A stretch of 59,487 bases of DNA, the filler included. It is 5 parts of 5 records of this genome, joined end to end, with 100 filler letters (N's around TTAATTAATTAA, not from the genome) between each part and the next. Parts side by side here need not be neighbours in the genome. Positions count along the whole stretch, not along the records: positions 36,833 to 59,487 come from DRR723986_9839; 4 more parts are not named here. One strand, written 5' to 3'. This document shows positions 39,554 through 49,106 of the stretch, piece after piece; position 1 is the first letter of the stretch; the number at the start of each line of letters is the position of its first letter. A program made the position numbers and the translations under genes. The notes under the pieces are model-generated. The model was not told the DNA's origin, searched no databases, and saw only the letters and a list, made by a program, of their open reading frames with translations.

Positions 39554-42500
39554 TTATTTACAGGGAAATTCATCCGTGGTCTTGTCCATCAGTCGAATCA
39601 AAATCGCCAGGCCTCCCATGATTTTTTGCGGCCTACCGGAAAGCCCACTATGAATAAAATGAGCCGCCTCACAGGCATCCATCTGCAAAGCTTTAAGTAC
39701 ATCTTCCTCCAGATTACTCGTGTCCATCGTTTTGATAGCATGGGAAGCAATCGCATACAATCGCAAAAGCATCAGATGAAAACCTAGAAACCCTATACTC
39801 CGCCCGGGATTCTTATTGAGGGTCCGGGTATAATTCTGGATTACAGTGTTCAGGTCATCGTATCGGGTGTAGATTTTGCGCTTCCCGCCCCCAGTCAGAT
39901 CAGGTAAAATCCCCAAAAGCTCTCCTGACTGCCGATCAATTTGCCAATAGGCCATTGTATGGAGTTCCTCGCTGAAGAGTTTAAAAGAAGAATCTCCTCG
40001 AAACCAATTTTCTCTGATAAATGAAATATTCGGTCCATCCCGTAAATGATCGTCAAACCAGTTCCTTTCCTTAGCCAATTCTGTACTGATCAGCCCAGAA
40101 TCGGAAAGTAAACTATAGGTGCTTTCTTCGAAAAAAGCATCTTCAATCAAAGCCAAATGAGCTGTTTTTCTGAGGTTTATCTGAAAACTTTCTTTGACAT
40201 CAGCAGAAATGGTGACAAAATCTGCTGTGGGTAAAATATCCACCGAATCTTCAGAAAATTCCTGATTGATACCCACAGTCCGTTTTAGAAGAACCATTCG
40301 AATACCACTTGCAAAAGTCAAAGAACCAGTAGTCACCTGATCAGGAAGTGGACTAAGCAAATGAATCATCAATGGATCATATATCCAATTGGATTTCTCC
40401 ATTGCTTGCAGAGTTTCTTCCAGATTTTCATTTTTAAGTGCTTCAATTCTAGCCTGATGGCTCAATCTAAAATTCAACAGTTCGTTTAGTGCATTTGCAT
40501 ATGTTGGTCCTTGCCCCTCTACTCCAATTAGCAAAGATCCAAAGAGAAAATTCCGAACATCGTCTGAATGGTTTTTACCGATTGAATCTGCCTTGTCAGT
40601 TACCGGATCCCAACCGGCCAAGACTTTCTCTATGTTTTGATTTCCGATTTTGATCCGCAGGTAAACACCGATAATCTTCGGCCCGATAGCTTGGGTTTTG
40701 TCCCGGAACTTGAACTCATAGGTTTCTTCAGCAAAGATCCGCTCCTCATCAAGACTTACCCTTAGCTGGTTTTTTTCCTGCTGTAGCGATCCATAAAAAG
40801 TAAACACATAAGGAGGTAAATCCATCTGGCCCAACTGCCGGATAATCTCCTCCTGCGTGATTTTCTGGTCTCTGGCATCGATGATTTTACCATCACTTGA
40901 CAAAGAGAGATTAGCGAAAACCTCTTGATTCCTGCCACGGGTCGAATGAGTTACGTCCAGAACAATCACTGGAGGTCCAGCCTGAAAAGTATCCAGATCC
41001 CCTTCTTTTAATTCATCCTGGTTATCTCCATCCGTCGCAAATAAAATCAGATCAAAAGAGCTTAGACTAGCTTTTCTCATCCACTGATAAAGAGCCGAAT
41101 CAGTAGCCCAGCTACTTAATGAAGCCTTTGGGTAATTTTGTCGGATACCATTTTCTAAAGTATTCAAAAACTCATTCATACCTTCGTTCCTGTATTGGAG
41201 AGGCATGCTAAATGAGGTATCGTATAGAATCAGCACTTTAGGAGCAAATTCGTTGGACTCCATAAGTGGATTGATTCCCTTACCATTTTCTGAAAATGTA
41301 AAATCTGAGGCATTTAATCCCTCTACAGGTTTACCCTTTTCGTCCATAGGCCACAAAGAGACCTTGACAAGCGAAGGAAGTCCTGCGGAAACCTTTAGTT
41401 GAAGACTGGCAACTTCTTTCGCCACGCTAGAATCCTTTCCTCCTTCGATCTGAAAACCATTGATACGAAGGGACTTTTCTTTTTGATTGACTTCTATCCG
41501 GTCAGCTTCCAACGTCACCGTCTGACATACTTCTGCCTTCCGGCTTTGTTCTTGCTCATTCAGGTCGGGGCTTTGAATACTGATTGCTGGGGTAAAAACC
41601 CTGACTTGATTAAAAGAAGTACTTGCCTGCTCCAGAAGGTCTAATCCATGATAAAAACCTAAGTGAAGCTGTCTTCCGACCAATTCTTGGGCTTGATAGG
41701 TTTTGGACAAAAGGATCGTTTCTTTTTCAGGAGTGATATTATCCCTGTAACTAAGGCTAAACTCAATGGGCGCTAACACATATTCTGGTGGATCGGCAAG
41801 TTTGATGGTACTTGCCAGGTCAAAAGCATTTCCAAAGGTGACAGAAGAATCGAAGAGATGAGCGATTTGCTCCTGTCCATTCCACTGAAACCGGACAGCG
41901 GGACACCTGCTATTGTCCCACCTGAAATCAAACTTGTGATACCGGATTCGCTCTTTTTCAGGAAGAAGGTCCCACAATCTTTCAGCTAGCCTTCCAGCAT
42001 CCTTTTCTTCGGAGTTGATATAGGTGAGCGTAGGCAAATCAGATTCTGAAACCTTGAGCATTTTCATCCAGCGATCCAAAAGCGTATCGTCCAGATCGGC
42101 TAAAATTTTTTCCTCATATGCTCTAAAAAACAAGGTCTTTACTTTTTCCTCATCAAAATCGGTGCGCTCATACACCACCTCAGCTGAAATACCGGCTTCA
42201 GCTAAAAGTTGGACAAGGAGCTCTGCTTTTTCCCTTGGAGTAGCAAATCCATCCCTTAATACGCCACGGGTACCCTGTCGCAAGGCAGTTCCCATACCTC
42301 TTAGGGAAGAAGCATTTGCCGGAATCAAATAGATTGAATCCCGTACAAATTCCAGCATCTTTTTAGGATCACAGCTTTCTTTTACTCGAAGGTAAGATTC
42401 GGTAAGACAAGTCTGGCTGCTTTGGATCAACTGCTGCATTTCTTTCCAAACCTGAAATACCCCACCATCAGGCTCTTCGTCAAAGCGCGGGTCTTCATCG

Positions 42501-42589
42501 CAGGAGCTAAGCCAAGCACCAGAAGAAGATACCAGGCCAAAGAGTGCCAGCTTTTTGAAAAATTCTCTTCGATCAGGTGAAAAGGACAT
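39554..42589 (-). CDS. Large Tat-signal lipoprotein with transglutaminase-like and vWA-like domains
   Basis: DRREFFKK Tat motif and LSSC lipobox; FVRDSIYLIP..GVLRDGFATPREKAELL; vWA motifs LYDTSFSM and FATDG. ATG at 42589. Confidence 0.75.
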   Translation of the reverse strand: MSFSPDRREFFKKLALFGLVSSSGAWLSSCDEDPRFDEEPDGGVFQVWKEMQQLIQSSQTCLTESYLRVKESCDPKKMLEFVRDSIYLIPANASSLRGMGTALRQGTRGVLRDGFATPREKAELLVQLLAEAGISAEVVYERTDFDEEKVKTLFFRAYEEKILADLDDTLLDRWMKMLKVSESDLPTLTYINSEEKDAGRLAERLWDLLPEKERIRYHKFDFRWDNSRCPAVRFQWNGQEQIAHLFDSSVTFGNAFDLASTIKLADPPEYVLAPIEFSLSYRDNITPEKETILLSKTYQAQELVGRQLHLGFYHGLDLLEQASTSFNQVRVFTPAISIQSPDLNEQEQSRKAEVCQTVTLEADRIEVNQKEKSLRINGFQIEGGKDSSVAKEVASLQLKVSAGLPSLVKVSLWPMDEKGKPVEGLNASDFTFSENGKGINPLMESNEFAPKVLILYDTSFSMPLQYRNEGMNEFLNTLENGIRQNYPKASLSSWATDSALYQWMRKASLSSFDLILFATDGDNQDELKEGDLDTFQAGPPVIVLDVTHSTRGRNQEVFANLSLSSDGKIIDARDQKITQEEIIRQLGQMDLPPYVFTFYGSLQQEKNQLRVSLDEERIFAEETYEFKFRDKTQAIGPKIIGVYLRIKIGNQNIEKVLAGWDPVTDKADSIGKNHSDDVRNFLFGSLLIGVEGQGPTYANALNELLNFRLSHQARIEALKNENLEETLQAMEKSNWIYDPLMIHLLSPLPDQVTTGSLTFASGIRMVLLKRTVGINQEFSEDSVDILPTADFVTISADVKESFQINLRKTAHLALIEDAFFEESTYSLLSDSGLISTELAKERNWFDDHLRDGPNISFIRENWFRGDSSFKLFSEELHTMAYWQIDRQSGELLGILPDLTGGGKRKIYTRYDDLNTVIQNYTRTLNKNPGRSIGFLGFHLMLLRLYAIASHAIKTMDTSNLEEDVLKALQMDACEAAHFIHSGLSGRPQKIMGGLAILIRLMDKTTDEFPCK

Positions 42590-42591
42590 AA

Positions 42592-42942
42592 TTAAAAGTT
42601 TTTGAACCATTCTTCAAACTGTGTCCCAAGGAAGGGCACAGGCTCCATGCGACCATTGACCGCATGAATCAGACCCATTACCCACATATAAACCATCACA
42701 GCTAACCCAATTAGGTAAATGATCCAGCCTAGAATTGGTATCAAACTGATCAATACCAGACCCAAACCGACCATGACCAAGCCCAGCGATTGTTTGATGT
42801 GGTATTTGGCAAAAGGATAATTCTTCTCATTGTTTATGACAAAAGCGATAATCAAGCCGATCACGGTGAGATAGGCTATGACGGCTTCGGTTTTACCCTC
42901 GGGAGAAGTAGTCAAGCTTAAAGGTTCTTTACCGTTTTCCAT
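42592..42942 (-). CDS. Small membrane protein (DUF4870-like)
   Basis: Three transmembrane helices with AYLT..G, FAKYHIKQSLGL and PVPFLG. Confidence 0.8.
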   Translation of the reverse strand: MENGKEPLSLTTSPEGKTEAVIAYLTVIGLIIAFVINNEKNYPFAKYHIKQSLGLVMVGLGLVLISLIPILGWIIYLIGLAVMVYMWVMGLIHAVNGRMEPVPFLGTQFEEWFKNF

Positions 42943-42953
42943 TTTAAATAGAG

Positions 42954-43562
42954 TTAGTTCATAGATAATCCTTCATCGCGTGGACGAAGTTGAAAATTAA
43001 AACCTTGTACTGTTATTTGCCTTGACCCATTAAAATTGGCCAGAATAATCCCGTTAAGCTCTCCTTTGAGCAGTTCACCTTCTGTCCAGATCTTGACAAG
43101 TTTGCTGGTATTTTCGAAGCGATAGTAGGAGACATAATCGATTCCCTGATCAGCATTGTAATAGCTCACGATAATATGATCATCAAACTGCTGCAGCTGA
43201 TTGATATGCGGAGTCGGATATTCATTGTCCAATGTCCACGGTTTCAGCTGAGAAGCTTTTAGTGTTATGCTGAAAACATCCCCTGCCCTCGGATCATCAT
43301 CTGGTGGATAAAAATTGAGGGTCATGGTCCGGTCAAATTCTGTAGCAGTGACCATCAAGTAGGTGTCAAAATCATCCAAAAGCGGCCCACTAGTACCCAA
43401 AGCGACGTATTTGCTTTCATCATAGACAATGGTACCAGAGACATCACCGCTCACTTCCAGTGAAAAATATTCACTATCCACCAGTTTGATGTCATCTTCT
43501 TTGCCGCATGCCAGGCAGAAAATCAAGATTGCTGATAAGGAAGTGCTTAAATACTTTTTCAT
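42954..43562 (-). CDS. Hypothetical lipoprotein
   Basis: Signal ending CLAC followed by a charged GKEDD segment. Confidence 0.8.
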   Translation of the reverse strand: MKKYLSTSLSAILIFCLACGKEDDIKLVDSEYFSLEVSGDVSGTIVYDESKYVALGTSGPLLDDFDTYLMVTATEFDRTMTLNFYPPDDDPRAGDVFSITLKASQLKPWTLDNEYPTPHINQLQQFDDHIIVSYYNADQGIDYVSYYRFENTSKLVKIWTEGELLKGELNGIILANFNGSRQITVQGFNFQLRPRDEGLSMN

Positions 43563-43564
43563 TT

Positions 43565-44374
43565 TTATCGGTTTGATTGGGTTAGCTCATAGGGTTCAAA
43601 AGCCACACATACCATCGTCGCACTTCCGTTCTTTTTGCCGGTGTTTTCTTTATCTTCCATTTCCATATACATCATCAAACTGTTTGGAAATTCCTCAGTA
43701 AAGCGCTTTAGCTCATCCGGCATATTGTTTTGTGTATTTTTAAATACATTATCAAAATTGGCCGGCATGTCAGTGGCAAAATAGACGATGAATTTCATCT
43801 CGTCATTTTCCATCTGCCTACCTATACAGTCATAGCCTAGAAATTCCCGATTGGGCAGTTCAGTCAGTGTGAAGGATTCATAATCCACCGCATAATCTTC
43901 CTCCATCAGTTCCTCTTCCCCGAGAATATTCATGGAAGTGGCAATCGGCCTACCCTCAATGTAATTGACCATAATCTGTCGCTCCTCGTCAATGACCGAG
44001 AAGAAATTCATGCCCATATCCATTTGGTAGCCGATGTAGGATTCGTTGGGATTTAGAAAATAATCCAGCTGCATTTCTCCGGCTGAGGTGCTCATTTTCA
44101 TAGCATAGCGGTATTGAAAAGAGTAGGCATCTGGTAGATCCGATACATCCACGGGTTTGCCTTTGGCTCCGCCACCGAACATTCCCTCAAAGTTGGGATT
44201 GAGGATTTTGTTTAAGGCATTTTCGGTCATCTGCCCGGCTTTATCCGCAGTTTTGTATTCGACCACTTCTTTGGCTCGTTCCTCTACTCTTTTTTTGAGG
44301 TCTTTCAGGAATTGTCCTTGGGACAACTGCGTGCATAAAATGTATAGGCAAAGCGATAAAATAGATTTTTTCAT
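43565..44374 (-). CDS. Secreted DUF4412-like protein
   Basis: Signal peptide, N-terminal helix QFLKDLKKRVEE and the REFLGYDC motif. ATG at 44374. Confidence 0.75.
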   Translation of the reverse strand: MKKSILSLCLYILCTQLSQGQFLKDLKKRVEERAKEVVEYKTADKAGQMTENALNKILNPNFEGMFGGGAKGKPVDVSDLPDAYSFQYRYAMKMSTSAGEMQLDYFLNPNESYIGYQMDMGMNFFSVIDEERQIMVNYIEGRPIATSMNILGEEELMEEDYAVDYESFTLTELPNREFLGYDCIGRQMENDEMKFIVYFATDMPANFDNVFKNTQNNMPDELKRFTEEFPNSLMMYMEMEDKENTGKKNGSATMVCVAFEPYELTQSNR

Positions 44375-44397
44375 TACAATCGTTGTTTTGAATGGGA

Positions 44398-44463
44398 TAA
44401 AGTTCAAAAGAGAAGTATCAAAGGCATATCACAGAAGTAACAAGTGATAACAACTTTGTAACA
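44398..44463 (-). promoter_or_regulatory. Regulated promoter: -7 box plus TGTTAC-N15-TGTTAC direct repeat
   Basis: Minus-strand GAACTTTA at 44398-44405 (Bacteroidota consensus TAnnTTTG); plus-strand GTAACA at 44437 and 44458. Confidence 0.6.
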
Positions 44464-44507
44464 GGAGCTAAAAAATACCCTTGCTCACTCTCAAGAATGG
44501 TTTATTA

Positions 44508-46448
44508 TCAATCCACTAGTTCGAATCTCACCCAAACGGCAGCCTTTTCTCCTGCCTTTCCTGCCTTGATCGGACCTTCCAGAATATACCTTCCACCCGT
44601 AGAAGAAGCCTCAGTTAACATCAGGGTTCTTGGGCCAAAATCATGAAACTGCATGCCTCCCTGTGCGATCTGTCCGTCCGGATAAGTTTTCGTTGCTTCA
44701 AGGGGCTTGTTTCCTGCCAGTATGTCCAGTAATTCCTGAAGTGGAACCAAAATATCATCATCATGGATCACCCGGTCATTTGAACTGGTGTATTCTTTGA
44801 GCCAGGTATAAATCCGCAGTTCGTTTTTGGGATCCTTGTAGTCCTCCCAGGAAAGATTAAACGTCATGGAATTGACGATTTGATTTAGATCGCGGGCGAC
44901 TCGGTTTTCCCGAACATGTATTTGAGTATTCATCCCTCCTCCTATCCAACAGGCATAGGGGCCCGAGATGTTTTTTCTCCCCGGAGAAGTGAAGCCACAG
45001 GGAGCACCAGAGAACTTATTAAACTGGGATTCACTTGGCAGCAGGGCTTTGTTTCTAGCCTTTAGCACCACACCCATTTGGAGACCATAATCATCAGGAT
45101 CATCTCCACCTCCATCCCGGCCGTCCACATTCTGAATGTCTGTCAGGGTCATTTTGAGACGGTAATTTCGTTTTTCAACACAGGTTTCTATATCCTGCCG
45201 GATGGAGTTGGTCATACCAATCTGCTGATTTTGCAGATTCTTGATTTCAAAGCCTATTGGAAGAGCCAGTTTGTGATTTGCTGGCTGACTTGTGATCCAT
45301 CTTCCGATTTCAGGCCGACCATTTTCCAGTGTATTGACTATTGACTCGGCTGCGGCCTGGCTGGATCCTCCATACATATAGGCATGTATCTCCACCTCGT
45401 TGTTACTTTTGGCCTGTTGATAGAACGAACTCAGTTGCGCCTGTGAAATCGCCGAAAAGCCTGTACTGATGTTCAGTTTAGCCATCAGGCTTTGCAGAGA
45501 GCTTTTGGACTTAAATAAGATTCCACCTCGCCTGCCATAATTTACCTTGGAGATGTAGATATAGTCCTCAGTGGAAACTGGCTGGGAAGTTTGAAAAACG
45601 GTAGTTTCATCCAGTCCATCTACGTCCAAGGAAAACATAAACTGGGTGAATTCGACTAGGTAATAGTGGTAACTTTTTTGATTCCCGGCCTCTACTCCTA
45701 TAGAGCTCGAAAAAGAGCCCAAACCACCCGAATACCGTCCATTCAGCTTAAAACTCAGATCTTCCTGACTTTTGATTTCGGTAAACTTAAGTGTCATATT
45801 GGCTGAAAGCGGATCTGCATTTTGTGAAATGAGCTGATTCTCGGCTGTAGCAATGTTTGATTTGTTTTTGGGATTAGTGACGGTAATAGCGGAATTAATG
45901 GCTCCACGCAAATCAGAGGTAGAAATGGTAATGGGAGAACGCTCATAGCGTTGCTCAATCTCATATGTCCCATTTAGGAAACTCCGGACATTCAGGACTA
46001 TGCCCGGCTTGAGCCAATCAGGTCTAGCGCCCAGAGGCATTTCTTCAAATTGCCTAATCTTGGATTCCAAATTAAGACGCTCCCGCTTGCAGAAAAGTGT
46101 AGCTGTATTTTTGTCACTCAGGGGCTGGGACTGAGTAACTTTGGAGTCATTCAGTGCATCTGATACGACCAGTAATTCCCTTCGACCACCCAGTTCGGTA
46201 GGACTACCTGAGATCAGATATTCAAAAGGTTCTATCTGAGCAAAATAATTGACCACTCCTACCAGTTGAGGAACTTCTTGCGTCGAGGTTTTTTCAAGGT
46301 CTGTTTTTGTCTGAGTGGGTTTAGTGGTAGTGGTTTTCCTTGTGATGACTTGGGCCTCAGCCCAAGAGACAGTCATGAAAGCACAAAACCCCAAGGTAAG
46401 CCAGGTAGAGCTTTTTAGAAAGCTGGATTTTTTTGAAAAAAGTAGCAT
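44508..46448 (-). CDS. Thiol-activated cytolysin family / CDC-like (CDCL) pore-forming protein
   Basis: Ordered CDC core motifs LKPGIVL, RSPITIS, VTNPKNKSN, FTQFMFSLDVD, YISKVNYGR, YGGSS and LPIGF. It has a Sec signal, and the C-terminal domain lacks the ECTGLAWEWWR undecapeptide. Confidence 0.85.
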   Translation of the reverse strand: MLLFSKKSSFLKSSTWLTLGFCAFMTVSWAEAQVITRKTTTTKPTQTKTDLEKTSTQEVPQLVGVVNYFAQIEPFEYLISGSPTELGGRRELLVVSDALNDSKVTQSQPLSDKNTATLFCKRERLNLESKIRQFEEMPLGARPDWLKPGIVLNVRSFLNGTYEIEQRYERSPITISTSDLRGAINSAITVTNPKNKSNIATAENQLISQNADPLSANMTLKFTEIKSQEDLSFKLNGRYSGGLGSFSSSIGVEAGNQKSYHYYLVEFTQFMFSLDVDGLDETTVFQTSQPVSTEDYIYISKVNYGRRGGILFKSKSSLQSLMAKLNISTGFSAISQAQLSSFYQQAKSNNEVEIHAYMYGGSSQAAAESIVNTLENGRPEIGRWITSQPANHKLALPIGFEIKNLQNQQIGMTNSIRQDIETCVEKRNYRLKMTLTDIQNVDGRDGGGDDPDDYGLQMGVVLKARNKALLPSESQFNKFSGAPCGFTSPGRKNISGPYACWIGGGMNTQIHVRENRVARDLNQIVNSMTFNLSWEDYKDPKNELRIYTWLKEYTSSNDRVIHDDDILVPLQELLDILAGNKPLEATKTYPDGQIAQGGMQFHDFGPRTLMLTEASSTGGRYILEGPIKAGKAGEKAAVWVRFELVD

Positions 46449-46471
46449 GTCTTATGTCGTTTTATGATGCT

Positions 46472-46537
46472 CAAAACTCTTTAAAACATGCTTGATTGGA
46501 TAAAACTTACCTACCAGAACATATCATTATTGTAACC
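46472..46537 (-). promoter_or_regulatory. Promoter of the CDCL gene with a degenerate copy of the 21-bp direct repeat
   Basis: Minus-strand GAGTTTTG at 46472-46479; plus-strand CTACCA at 46511 and GTAACC at 46532. Offsets from the ATG (63 and 84 nt) equal those at 44374. Confidence 0.5.
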
Positions 46538-46683
46538 CCCAGCCTTATGGGAGCTAGTTTGTTTGCCAAGTTCTTTATTTTTCCAAGGGATGTTAATTTT
46601 CCACAAGGATACTCAAAGAGAAAAACTCTAAAATGAGACTTTTTATCTTAATTCTCAGTTGAAAAACTTATGATTTCCGAAAT

Positions 46684-46713
46684 AAAAAAAGGGTGAAAGT
46701 ATTCTTTCCACCC
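46684..46713 (-). terminator. Rho-independent terminator of the lipoprotein operon
   Basis: Minus strand GGGTGGAAAG-AATA-CTTTCACCC followed by T7. Confidence 0.75.
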
Positions 46714-46735
46714 CAAAACATCAGCAATTCCCAGC

Positions 46736-47236
46736 TTATTCGATCCGAAAACTAAACTCCGCCGGAGCTATCTTCCCCTTAATACCGCCAACTGGAATCA
46801 TTTCCAGCTTCACACTGTAAGTTCCTTTGGGGAGATTCGTATCCAATTTTGGAAAATCCAATCGGGGAACAGGCATTTCGTAGACTTCATTCTGCAATGC
46901 GGGAATCATGTCAAAAGCTTCGATGGGCACATACATATCGCCAGGCAGCCAAGGCCAATTTTCACGACTGCTTTGGTGAATGGTCTTGCCGTCCCGCATT
47001 ACTGTAGTTTTCATGTGGAAGAGAACCAAGCCTCTTTTTCCGATATCAGAAGCTTTGTAGGAAAACTTAATTTTATACTTATTTTCTTTGAAGCTTTTGA
47101 ACAAATCCACCGGGATGGATTCTTCTAGGTTTTTCCCATTGGGAAAACCCTCGATTTGAACTCTACCATCTAGGACTTGGCTCAAAGACGGTAAAGAAAC
47201 TAAAAGGAAAAGGGTCATTAAGAAATAATTTTTCAT
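46736..47236 (-). CDS. Hypothetical secreted beta-sandwich-like protein
   Basis: Sec signal ending SLS-Q; LPKGTYSVKL Ig-like strand. Confidence 0.78.
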   Translation of the reverse strand: MKNYFLMTLFLLVSLPSLSQVLDGRVQIEGFPNGKNLEESIPVDLFKSFKENKYKIKFSYKASDIGKRGLVLFHMKTTVMRDGKTIHQSSRENWPWLPGDMYVPIEAFDMIPALQNEVYEMPVPRLDFPKLDTNLPKGTYSVKLEMIPVGGIKGKIAPAEFSFRIE

Positions 47237-47247
47237 TGATTTGGTAT

Positions 47248-47868
47248 TTAGTTAGAAATAAAGTTTGCTGATAGGCTAAAGCTCCAGAGTTGATCAAGCG
47301 TCAACCCAAAGCCTTTGAGTGTATAGTGAAAGCGGTTTTGATCAATGAATTCGATCTCAGTAAAGTTTTGCTCAGCTATCTCAGTTTCTCTTGCTCGCAT
47401 CTCTTTTCTTGAATAAATCCTTGTTTTTGATCCACTTCTAAATTCTTCAATGTCCAATTCAAGACGTTCTGATGCAGCTCTTAAGAGTAAAGCACCGTTT
47501 TTCCCAGCTCCATCCAGAATCTCCAATTGAATTGACTGATTTGGAAGTGTCTGATGTTGATAGCTTGCTTGGATAGCGACGATTCCGGCTTCTGCCCTAT
47601 GGCCACTAAGTAGCTGTGTTCTCTGAAAATCGTCCACAATTTCAGGAACCCAGGTCTTCAATATTTCCCGGGAAACTGGAATTTCCTTTGCCAAGTCGAG
47701 GTCTTGCTGGACTGGGGACAAGTTTTGTGAGTCTCTCCGATGATTGGATTCATTAATCAATTTTGACGATGGCTCTATTTTCTCCAGCAGTTTATCTGAG
47801 CGTTGGCATCCATAAATGATGATCAGCAAAGCCACCAAGCCTAGAAATCCATGGTTAAACCGGTTCAT
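47248..47868 (-). CDS. Hypothetical lipoprotein, paralog 3 of a tandem family
   Basis: Lipobox IYGC; family motif LEILDGAG..NRFHY. Confidence 0.8.
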   Translation of the reverse strand: MNRFNHGFLGLVALLIIIYGCQRSDKLLEKIEPSSKLINESNHRRDSQNLSPVQQDLDLAKEIPVSREILKTWVPEIVDDFQRTQLLSGHRAEAGIVAIQASYQHQTLPNQSIQLEILDGAGKNGALLLRAASERLELDIEEFRSGSKTRIYSRKEMRARETEIAEQNFTEIEFIDQNRFHYTLKGFGLTLDQLWSFSLSANFISN

Positions 47869-48461
47869 GGAGCAAGTTTTTTAGGATCCAAGAGTTGGAA
47901 AAATCCCCACAACAGATCCGGGTTTACGTTTTCGCCCTTGTAGTTGAAATAAAAACGATCATCTATGGCATATTCAAGAAAGGTCTTTCCATCTTCAGGA
48001 GTGTGTCTTTCAAAAGCTGTGACTCCATAATTTTGATATACCTTAACATAGCCATCGAGCAAAGGCTCTTCGTATTTTTTTGCCAGCTTCGCATTGATCA
48101 TCCCACGAACAGCTACTACAAGCGGTCCTTTGCCATCCAGTACGTCCAAAACAAAAAAGCTTTCAGGATTCGAATCGCTGGTGTATGTGACCTGTACCCT
48201 TGGAAGATCACCATAGTCCATAGTTACTCCTCCGGACCTGCTATAGCCAGCGTGCTGCATAGGCAACCAATCCAGCCATTGTGCAGTTGCTATTGGACTG
48301 CTTTTTCCCAATTTAGGATCAGTTTCACCGGCACTGAGAGCGGCAGATTTGACCAGCTCGGTGGAGCTATTTGCCTGGGTGTTTTTTTCTCCGCATCCAG
48401 TCCAGAAAATAGCTGCGATAGCTAGAACAGAGAGGTATTTCAAAGAAGAATAATAGATCAT
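47865..48461 (-). CDS. Hypothetical lipoprotein, paralog 2 of a tandem family
   Basis: Lipobox WTGC; LDVLDGKG..DRFYF. Confidence 0.8.
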   Translation of the reverse strand: MIYYSSLKYLSVLAIAAIFWTGCGEKNTQANSSTELVKSAALSAGETDPKLGKSSPIATAQWLDWLPMQHAGYSRSGGVTMDYGDLPRVQVTYTSDSNPESFFVLDVLDGKGPLVVAVRGMINAKLAKKYEEPLLDGYVKVYQNYGVTAFERHTPEDGKTFLEYAIDDRFYFNYKGENVNPDLLWGFFQLLDPKKLAP

Positions 48462-48473
48462 GAGAGGCTTTGT

Positions 48474-49079
48474 TTAGCTGGGGAAAGGTTGAGATTGAAG
48501 TTCTTCGAAAGCACCGTAGATTTGGTCGAGACCGACCTGATTACCGATAATCCCTAAGTGATAGCGTTGATTTTGAAGGTATTCGAGCTGATGGTTTTGC
48601 TGTCCGTTTTTGGTTTTGCTCACTACCAAAACCCGATCTCCTTTATGATCTTTGACTTCTGATTTAAAGTCATCTCCTGATTCATTTCGCTTTTTTTCCA
48701 AGAGTTTGTACACCGCATTGGCATGCTGAAAGTGCGGGTTGCCGGCTCCATCGATCACTTCAAGCCGGATACCGGGCTGATCGCTACCGTCTTTGGCAGC
48801 ATAGAATGCCATAAAGCCATTTAAGCTGGGATGAGGCTCTTTAGATAGCAGCGGAAATCCCTGAAGTTGATCCGGTGGTAATGCCAGATAGGCAGCTTCT
48901 GATAACGGACCTTTGTCCATTAGAGCCATCAGCCAAGAGCCGGTAGAGGATTCGGGTGTTTTTTCCAGACTAGAGACTCCAGCTACAGTCTCGGACTGTT
49001 CGGAAGGAGCCGAAGTGCAGGCAATTAAACTACAAGCAGATAGCCCAATGAATAAATACTTAAAATGAGAAATTATCAT
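48474..49079 (-). CDS. Hypothetical lipoprotein, paralog 1 of a tandem family
   Basis: Lipobox LIAC; LEVIDGAG..QRYHL. Confidence 0.8.
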   Translation of the reverse strand: MIISHFKYLFIGLSACSLIACTSAPSEQSETVAGVSSLEKTPESSTGSWLMALMDKGPLSEAAYLALPPDQLQGFPLLSKEPHPSLNGFMAFYAAKDGSDQPGIRLEVIDGAGNPHFQHANAVYKLLEKKRNESGDDFKSEVKDHKGDRVLVVSKTKNGQQNHQLEYLQNQRYHLGIIGNQVGLDQIYGAFEELQSQPFPS

Positions 49080-49106
49080 GGCAGGATTCGAATTTGAATA
49101 CTGCTT

